Source: a virus
IMG/VR virus record: IMGVR_UViG_3300045988_002337
Location: 1 to 6,799 of that record
DNA length: 6,799 nt
Strand: one strand, 5' to 3'
In this document: positions 1 to 4,886 of the stretch, in pieces
How the letters are laid out: each line of letters begins with the position of its first letter
Numbering within the stretch: position 1 is the stretch's first letter
Made by a program: the position numbers and the translations under genes
Notes under the pieces: generated by a model
Told to the model about the DNA's origin: nothing
Databases searched by the model: none
What the model saw: the letters and a program-made list of their open reading frames with translations, nothing else

Positions 1-99
1 GTTTTTTTGAACAACAGGTGAATAATATGACTGTTGGTGATGCCGGTCAGAATATTGCTAAGGTTGCCCTTAATTCTCATTCTTCTGCATCTTTGTCTA
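1..99. repeat. Terminal direct repeat, copy 1 (identical to 6701-6799). This is circular-genome assembly overlap, not a biological repeat.
   Basis: Base-by-base comparison shows gtttttttgaacaacaggtgaataatatgactg...tcttctgcatctttgtcta at both window ends. The repeat lies inside the VP1 reading frame, and the frame is continuous across the junction (6718 and 18 are both codon starts). Confidence 0.97.
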
Positions 100-1799
100 C
101 CGCTATGCCTTATATTTCTTATGTAGATATAGCTAAGTTTTTAAATGCTTACTTACAGCGTGTTTATGTTGCTCTTAATTCATATTTCACTCAGGTTGAT
201 TCTGGTAAAGATTCTATAACTGATTTTTATGATTTTTGCGTTTACGGTTCCTTCCCTGACGTTTTTGTTTGTGATGGATATCGTCTTTGTCGTGCTGCTA
301 AGCTTTTAATGTCTTTAGGTTATGGTAATTTTTCTGCTGTGATACAGTATGATGGTTTCGCCATGGCAAGCGTTTTTGTACGTAGTGGTCATACTTGGAA
401 CCTTGCCGAATTTCTAAAATCTGAATATGCTTTAGATTTGACTAAATTTGAATCTCGCGGTATTGAAAATAGTCCGAATATGTCTATTTTCCCTCTCTTG
501 GCTTATCATAAGATATGCAATGACCATTATCGCAATGAGAAATGGCAACCTTTTGAGCCTTGGACATGTAATATTGATTATATTTCACCTCATAGTAACA
601 TGAATGCGGCCAGTTTTCTCAGTTTGCCTGAGTTTTACGGTGTAAATACTACTCTTTTCGATTTGGAAAATTCTAATCTTCCTATTGATTACTTCTCTTC
701 GGTTTTGCCTCGTGCTCAGTACGGAGATGAGTCTGCCGCAGTTGTTACTGCGGGGTCAGGAAGTTCATCATTTACCTTTAATAATAGTACCGAACCTACT
801 GAGGGTGCTCTTTTTAAATTATCTCGAGCGGAAGCTAATGATGGTTTGGTTAAGGAAAATAACACTCATCCGATTGCTGTTGGTGATAATTATGTTTTTG
901 GTATTAAATCATTGGCTACTGATTCATCTCTTGTGGGTTTCCGTGGTAAACTTGATGCTTCTTCGCTTTCAGTTAAGTTATCTGCCCTTCGTTCGGCAAC
1001 GGCTTTACAGAAGTATAAGGAGATTCAGAATAGTAATGACCCTGATTTTGCCGCTCAGGTGCTTGCTCATTTTGGTATTAAACCAAAAGTTGATTCTCGC
1101 ACTTCTGTTTTTATTGGCGGTGATGATAAAACGCTTTGCATTAATCCACAGGTTAATACTAATTTCCAACAGGGTGGCTTGCCAGATATTAAAGCGATTG
1201 GTGTTGGTGATTTGTCTGCGGGTTGTAAGTTTACAGCTAGTACTTATGGTATGATTATCGGTATTTATCGTGCCATCCCTCAGTTGGATTATGCGCATGT
1301 TGGTATTGATAGAAATCTGTTTAAGACTGATGCAACTGATTTTCCTATTCCTGAGCTAGATTCTATTGGCATGCAGACACAGTATAGATGTGAATTGAGT
1401 GCTCCTCTGATTGGTTTGTGTAAACACTATGTACCGTATAAAGATCTTAGTACCGCTATTAATATGTCTTTGACGTATGGTTATGCACCTCGTTATGCAG
1501 AGTTAAAATCTGCTCGTGATTATTTTGAGGGTGGCTTCTGTGGTACTTATAAAACTTGGGTTACAGGTTATGACCAAAAGTTTCTCTCTTTATGGCGTCG
1601 GAACTCTGATTATTTAGGTTTTACAGGACCATTGTATGGTATTGATGATTTGTTTAAGTGCCGTCCGTCTTTACTCTATCCTATCTTTGTAAATCAATGG
1701 TCGGGTACAGTTAATGATGATAAGCTTCTTATTGGTAGTGTAAATACTTGTGTTGCGGTTCGTCCATTCAGTGTGTATGGATTGCCTTTTAGTAAATAA
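1..1799 (+). CDS. VP1: Major capsid protein VP1 (phiX F-like jelly-roll), C-terminal 599 codons. It is 5'-partial in the window and continues from 6445-6700.
   Basis: The open frame runs from base 3 to TAA at 1797-1799. The GTG at 18 in the ORF track is internal, not a start. It contains the conserved microvirus capsid block LRSATALQKYKE...FGIKPKVDSRTSVFIGGDD (pattern a..lQ.y.E...fG......d.r...p..iGG). About half of codons end in T. Confidence 0.93.
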   Translation, partial: FFEQQVNNMTVGDAGQNIAKVALNSHSSASLSTAMPYISYVDIAKFLNAYLQRVYVALNSYFTQVDSGKDSITDFYDFCVYGSFPDVFVCDGYRLCRAAKLLMSLGYGNFSAVIQYDGFAMASVFVRSGHTWNLAEFLKSEYALDLTKFESRGIENSPNMSIFPLLAYHKICNDHYRNEKWQPFEPWTCNIDYISPHSNMNAASFLSLPEFYGVNTTLFDLENSNLPIDYFSSVLPRAQYGDESAAVVTAGSGSSSFTFNNSTEPTEGALFKLSRAEANDGLVKENNTHPIAVGDNYVFGIKSLATDSSLVGFRGKLDASSLSVKLSALRSATALQKYKEIQNSNDPDFAAQVLAHFGIKPKVDSRTSVFIGGDDKTLCINPQVNTNFQQGGLPDIKAIGVGDLSAGCKFTASTYGMIIGIYRAIPQLDYAHVGIDRNLFKTDATDFPIPELDSIGMQTQYRCELSAPLIGLCKHYVPYKDLSTAINMSLTYGYAPRYAELKSARDYFEGGFCGTYKTWVTGYDQKFLSLWRRNSDYLGFTGPLYGIDDLFKCRPSLLYPIFVNQWSGTVNDDKLLIGSVNTCVAVRPFSVYGLPFSK

Positions 1800-1817
1800 T
1801 TTAAAAATTTTTTGATT

Positions 1818-2267
1818 ATGAAAGCTAAAGAAAAAGTTGTTTATGTTCCTCCTGTTTATGAGGAAGTACAGCATGAAGTTACTTCCGTAGATGATAATAA
1901 TGTTCCTTTGCGAACTTCTTTTCATACTGATGTATCTTTATTGCAACGTATTGATAATATGCGTGTTGATGCTCAAACTCTGAGGGAAATTAAAGAATCG
2001 ATGCAGCCTATGATTGATAATTCTAATTTCCGTAATGAGTTTGAAGAGACTTTTGGTTCTTTGACTGATGATGAACTCATTAACTCTTGCCCTAGTCGTT
2101 ATACGCAGACAGCTAGTGAAAAAATGAACTATCTTAAAGAATTGGCTGTTAAGGATAGAGAAGCACGTGATAAGGCTGCAGCTGCTGCTAAGGAGCAAGA
2201 AGAGAAAGATAAGATTGAGAATGAAAATAAGGAGTTTCAGGCTCGCCTTTTGGAAATCTTTAAGTAA
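1818..2267 (+). CDS. Hypothetical acidic coiled-coil protein, 149 aa. It is a candidate internal scaffolding (VP3-like) protein, but the function is not established.
   Basis: ATG at 1818 lies 18 nt after the VP1 stop; the TTG at 1812 in the track is less likely. The protein is D/E/K-rich, with a C-terminal tail KDREARDKAAAAAKEQEEKDKIENENKEFQARLLEIFK that looks helical or coiled-coil. Its size and charge resemble gokushovirus VP3, but I recognise no diagnostic motif. Confidence 0.7.
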   Translation: MKAKEKVVYVPPVYEEVQHEVTSVDDNNVPLRTSFHTDVSLLQRIDNMRVDAQTLREIKESMQPMIDNSNFRNEFEETFGSLTDDELINSCPSRYTQTASEKMNYLKELAVKDREARDKAAAAAKEQEEKDKIENENKEFQARLLEIFK

Positions 2268-2275
2268 TTTTGCCT

Positions 2276-3730
2276 ATGTTTTCTAATATAATTTTAAGGA
2301 GTGCTGCCGCTTTTGGCGGTGCTCCTTTTCGCTTAAACAAATGCACTGCCTTAGGTTCTGCTGCCGCTGGTGCTGCTGCTGGTTCTTTTGCTGGTGTTCC
2401 TGGTTCCATTGTTGGTGGCGCTCTTGGTCTTGCTGGTTCTCTTATTGGTGGTCTTTTTGGTAAATCTAATACCAATAAGACGAACGCAATGAATTATAAA
2501 ATTATGCAAGAGCAGAATCGCTTTAACGCTGAAGAAGCTGATAAGAATCGTAATTGGCAAGAAATGATGTATCGTATGTATGGTACGTCTTCTGCTAAAG
2601 CTAATGATTTGCGTGCAGCTGGTCTTAACGCTCTTCTTGGTGATGTTTCTGCTAGTGGAAATGTTGGTAGTGGTGGTGCTGCTTCTGCTGCTGAATCTGC
2701 TCAAATGATGCCTACAGATTATTCATTTGTTGGTGATGCTGCTAATCGTGGCTTGGCTGCTTACAATACTACACGTTCTGTTGATTCGTCTGTTTCTTTA
2801 CAGAAATCTCAAGAGAATGTGAATAAGTCTATTGAGGGTATTAATGCTGCGCAAAAGGGTCTTATCGAATCTCAAACCGATATGCAAAAAATGACTTATA
2901 AATTCGCTCAAGATACTTATCAGAATAGGCTGTTGCAAGAACAATTTAAGGCTGAATTGGCTAATTGGCAAGGATTTGATGCTATGTATGATGCTCGGTT
3001 AAAGGCTTTCAGTCTCTACAATGTCATGCCGCAGGAAGTTGAGAAGAATGTTGCTCAGACTATGTCGTTCTATGCTTCTGCTTTTCGTGATATTGCTGAT
3101 GGCAAGTACACTTTAAAGCAAACCGAGAATTATGGTCGTTGGCTTTCTATTCAGCAGACTTTTGCACATGCTGCTACTATTCAAGGACAGGCTGCTTTAA
3201 TGCAAGGTCGTGCCGCTTTAACCAATGCTAGTGCCAATGCTTCTTACCTGGGTAAATTAGGTAAGTATTATGGCTCTTTGACTTCTGGTCAAAATATGAC
3301 TAATGAAATGTCACGGTACTATACTGACTTTATGTTAGGTAAAATGCCTATTGGTAAAGCAGAATCTATTCTGCGTAAAACACCTTATCGGCACCTGTTG
3401 GATTTGAATATACAACAGAATGAATGGTCACTTAATAAGTTGATGCAAGAGCCCGATTTGATACGTTCTTTGAGCGGCATGTACAGATCAGAAACTTCTC
3501 TTACTAATAAGCGTGTTGATAGTTATGATACCGATAAAATCTTTGAGCGTGGAGAATCTGTTTCCCGTATGGTTAAAAATATTTCTGATGGTGTTAGTAA
3601 CTTTACACCTAAGCTTAGATTTAACAAAGGTTCTTCTGCAGATAACAATTCGACACCGCCACCGAGTGGTAAATCCTGGCTTGATGCATATCGTGAAAAC
3701 CCTAATTATAACCCTACAGGTTATAGATAA
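2276..3730 (+). CDS. VP2: Minor capsid / DNA pilot protein VP2 (phiX H-like), 484 aa.
   Basis: ATG at 2276 lies 8 nt after the preceding stop. The N-terminal Gly/Ala-rich hydrophobic segment (ALGSAAAGAAAGSFAGVPGSIVGGALGLAGSLIGGLFG) has repeated small-xxx-small spacing. It is followed by the microvirus VP2 signature region NYKIMQEQNRFNAEEADKNRNWQEMMYRMYGTS...DLRAAGLNALLG (the AGLN motif). A long Q/A-rich helical middle follows. Its position after VP1 is typical. Confidence 0.82.
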   Translation: MFSNIILRSAAAFGGAPFRLNKCTALGSAAAGAAAGSFAGVPGSIVGGALGLAGSLIGGLFGKSNTNKTNAMNYKIMQEQNRFNAEEADKNRNWQEMMYRMYGTSSAKANDLRAAGLNALLGDVSASGNVGSGGAASAAESAQMMPTDYSFVGDAANRGLAAYNTTRSVDSSVSLQKSQENVNKSIEGINAAQKGLIESQTDMQKMTYKFAQDTYQNRLLQEQFKAELANWQGFDAMYDARLKAFSLYNVMPQEVEKNVAQTMSFYASAFRDIADGKYTLKQTENYGRWLSIQQTFAHAATIQGQAALMQGRAALTNASANASYLGKLGKYYGSLTSGQNMTNEMSRYYTDFMLGKMPIGKAESILRKTPYRHLLDLNIQQNEWSLNKLMQEPDLIRSLSGMYRSETSLTNKRVDSYDTDKIFERGESVSRMVKNISDGVSNFTPKLRFNKGSSADNNSTPPPSGKSWLDAYRENPNYNPTGYR

Positions 3731-3736
3731 CAATTT

Positions 3737-3774
3737 GGGCGCAAAGGTTAACCCCTTGCGCCCTCTTTGTTTTA
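3737..3774 (+). terminator. Intrinsic (rho-independent type) terminator hairpin after VP2.
   Basis: GGGCGCAA (3737-3744) pairs perfectly with TTGCGCCC (3756-3763). The loop contains the GGTTAACC palindrome. The stem is followed immediately by the T-rich tract tctttgtttta. It starts 7 nt after the VP2 stop and is the only GC-rich stem with a T-run that I see in the window. Confidence 0.6.
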
Positions 3775-3982
3775 TAGCCTTTCTGCTTTAACTCTTATTT
3801 CTGTTATTTTATTTCTGATACTATCGAACAATTTAGTTAAATACATATCAGATGTACGTTAGATAATGCAAACACATTTTCAGATAATTCTCAACTCTCA
3901 TAAAAACCTTCTGTAAAAATCTATATTTTTCTTATGGAATAATAAAAATTTATATTATACTCTTAATGTATTTGTTTTGTAT

Positions 3983-4017
3983 TTGTGTGCGTGCGCATTT
4001 TATACGTACGTACACAA
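3983..4017. repeat. Imperfect 15-bp inverted repeat (hairpin) made of alternating purine-pyrimidine sequence, in the non-coding region.
   Basis: ttgtgtgcgtgcgca (3983-3997) pairs with tacgtacgtacacaa (4003-4017) across a 5-nt loop tttta. That gives 12 Watson-Crick pairs, 2 G-T pairs (3989/4011 and 3993/4007) and 1 C-A mismatch (3996/4004). The arm contains GTGCGCAT. Function is unknown. Confidence 0.8.
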
Positions 4018-4155
4018 TTTAACTAAACAGATACTTTACTTTGGTTTGTCTGCCAGAAAAACCTTAGTTTACGCGGAAAAGTCTGTAACTCTCTACTAAT
4101 TACCTTTTTATGAAAATTTTCTCCCGAAAATTCCACCTCTCTTGTTTGAGGTAGG

Positions 4156-4196
4156 CAAAAGTGGGAATACATATATTCCTAATTACTGCACTTTTG
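4156..4196. repeat. Nested two-stem hairpin just upstream of the promoter, followed by a C7 run.
   Basis: The outer stem is caaaagtg (4156-4163) with cacttttg (4189-4196). The inner stem is ggaata (4164-4169) with tattcc (4174-4179) and loop cata. A 9-nt asymmetric bulge taattactg sits at 4180-4188. A C7 homopolymer at 4199-4205 follows, which is conspicuous in this AT-rich genome. Confidence 0.7.
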
Positions 4197-4244
4197 TTCC
4201 CCCCCTGTAACTATTTAATTATTTTCCTAAATAGTGTTAACAAA

Positions 4245-4277
4245 TTTGGCGCTTTAAGATTTTATTGTTTATCTTTG
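4245..4277 (+). promoter_or_regulatory. Candidate Bacteroidota sigma-A (sigAB) type promoter: -33 TTTG and -7 TAnnTTTG.
   Basis: TTTG at 4245-4248 and TAtcTTTG at 4270-4277 are separated by 21 nt. This fits the published Bacteroides -33/-7 consensus as I recall it (spacing about 19-21 nt). It is the only perfect TAnnTTTG I found in the intergenic region. It sits just before the first gene after the non-coding region (ATG 4283), which implies a very short or absent leader. Confidence 0.4.
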
Positions 4278-4282
4278 CACCC

Positions 4283-4498
4283 ATGAAAAAGGAAATAGTA
4301 CAAATTATCATCAAAGTTGCTGTCTATGCGCTTGGATTGATAGCTGCTTATTTTGGTGTCACTTCTCTGACATCATGCAGTACGTCTCACATTGTAGATG
4401 CTAGTGGTCGCACTACTATTGTTACAAATGATACCACAATTGTTAAACATAATGGTTTTATCCGTACTAAAGGTTTTAAGGCTTATGATGAAAATTAA
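4283..4498 (+). CDS. Small hypothetical secreted/membrane protein, 71 aa, with a lipoprotein-type signal peptide (lipobox LTSC, Cys32).
   Basis: ATG at 4283; the TTG at 4265 in the track is rejected. The sequence is MKKE, then the hydrophobic stretch IVQIIIKVAVYALGLIAAYFGVTS, then L-T-S-C (Cys codon 4376-4378), which matches [LVI][ASTVI][GAS]C. The mature part is 40 aa and T/S/N-rich. By my hand count about 39 of 71 codons end in T, matching the phage coding bias. Confidence 0.6.
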   Translation: MKKEIVQIIIKVAVYALGLIAAYFGVTSLTSCSTSHIVDASGRTTIVTNDTTIVKHNGFIRTKGFKAYDEN

Positions 4499-4664
4499 TT
4501 CACGTTGCTACGTTGTAGAGGTTAACGGCGTTCAGTATGTAGTTAAGTATTGCAAAATAGACGAATTTATTTGTTTGTTTTTGCCTAGTGTAGTTATTAT
4601 CCAGTCAATGGTTACTTCACCTGTTTCTTGGGAACATGAATACCAATGGTACAAACGTATTTAG
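4485..4664 (+). CDS. Hypothetical protein, 59 aa, with one hydrophobic segment (FICLFLPSVVIIQSMV).
   Basis: ATGATG at 4485-4490 overlaps the last codons of the upstream ORF (stop 4496-4498), an arrangement typical of translational coupling. The part of the track ORF upstream of 4485 is the NTN-frame artefact of the previous gene. By hand count about 25 of 59 codons end in T. I recognise no motif. Confidence 0.45.
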   Translation: MMKINSRCYVVEVNGVQYVVKYCKIDEFICLFLPSVVIIQSMVTSPVSWEHEYQWYKRI

Positions 4665-4884
4665 TTTTTTGCTTATGACGGCTCAAGATTATTTGACTGC
4701 TCTCAAGGTTATCAGAGAGATTCAGCGGAAACAGGCATATTGTAGTGGTCAATCTAAACCCTATCTTGCTGAAACGTTGAAAGATATTGAAATGTTTTGC
4801 CCCTTGGATTTTTCTAAAAGTGGCGGTCGTATAACCAAAGAGGTTATTTTAAGTTCTTATAGTGGTAATTTATTTAATTCTTAA
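4636..4884 (+). CDS. Hypothetical protein, 82 aa, or 69 aa if it starts at ATG 4675.
   Basis: ATG 4636 overlaps the previous ORF by 29 nt. The alternative ATG at 4675 lies 10 nt after that ORF's stop. The stop at 4882-4884 is 2 nt before the VP4 start. About half of codons end in T. The sequence looks soluble and helical (DYLTALKVIREIQRKQ). I recognise no motif. Confidence 0.55.
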   Translation: MNTNGTNVFSFLLMTAQDYLTALKVIREIQRKQAYCSGQSKPYLAETLKDIEMFCPLDFSKSGGRITKEVILSSYSGNLFNS

Positions 4885-4886
4885 TT

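Noticed and set aside
18-20. ORF-track starts at GTG 18, TTG 1812, TTG 2270 and TTG 4265.
   Set aside because: GTG 18 is an internal VP1 codon, because the frame is open to base 3 and continues from 6445. For the other three, an in-frame ATG lies 2-6 codons downstream (1818, 2276, 4283) and gives the more conventional start. The exact starts remain unverified.
1-99. Terminal direct repeats read as LTRs, transposon ends or a biological terminal redundancy.
   Set aside because: The repeat is an exact internal piece of the capsid ORF, and joining the ends restores a full-length VP1. This is the signature of a circular contig reported with assembly overlap.
685-1254. 189-aa + strand ORF embedded in VP1 (TTG start), extremely Leu/Ile/Val-rich. 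It could be imagined as an overprinted phiX E-like gene.
   Set aside because: It lies in the +1 shifted frame of VP1. Because VP1 codons mostly end in T, that frame reads N-T-N codons. Such codons cannot be stop codons and encode L/I/V/F/M. A long hydrophobic open frame is therefore expected by chance. It also has no ATG start. An overprinted gene cannot be formally excluded without comparative data.
1005-2704. Minus-strand ORFs 1005-1298, 1671-1925, 1938-2198, 2260-2475 and 2351-2704.
   Set aside because: These are antisense shadows of well-supported + strand genes. Microviridae encode everything on the packaged-strand sense. The products are low-complexity (for example the Pro/Ala-rich 2260-2475, which is the complement of the Gly/Ala-coding VP2 segment) and carry no motifs.
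3767-3862. A TTG-started 31-codon hydrophobic peptide (LFYSLSALTLISVILFLILSNN...) right after the terminator, considered as a mini membrane or lysis peptide.
   Set aside because: It has no ATG, it begins inside the terminator T-tract, and its hydrophobicity is explained by T-richness. It is too short to support from sequence alone.
4055-4134. Recurrent GAAAA(T/A) motifs (ccagaaaaacc, gcggaaaagtc, tgaaaattttc, cgaaaattcc), considered as possible iterons. The palindrome gaaaattttc at 4112-4121 is one of them.
   Set aside because: The motifs are short and degenerate with irregular spacing. They are easily produced by chance in A/T-rich sequence. They are noted only as part of the non-coding region finding.
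4083-4212. An 8-nt direct repeat CTGTAACT at 4083-4090 and 4205-4212, and AGATAAT at 3861-3867 and 3882-3888.
   Set aside because: One or two such 7-8-mer coincidences are expected by chance within about 500 nt, and there is no supporting structure.
3961-4244. Other partial dif-like strings (aatgtat at 3964-3970, tgttaacaaat at 4234-4244).
   Set aside because: These are isolated 6-7 nt matches to parts of E. coli dif, with indels and no paired arm at the correct 6-nt spacing. They are not distinguishable from chance.
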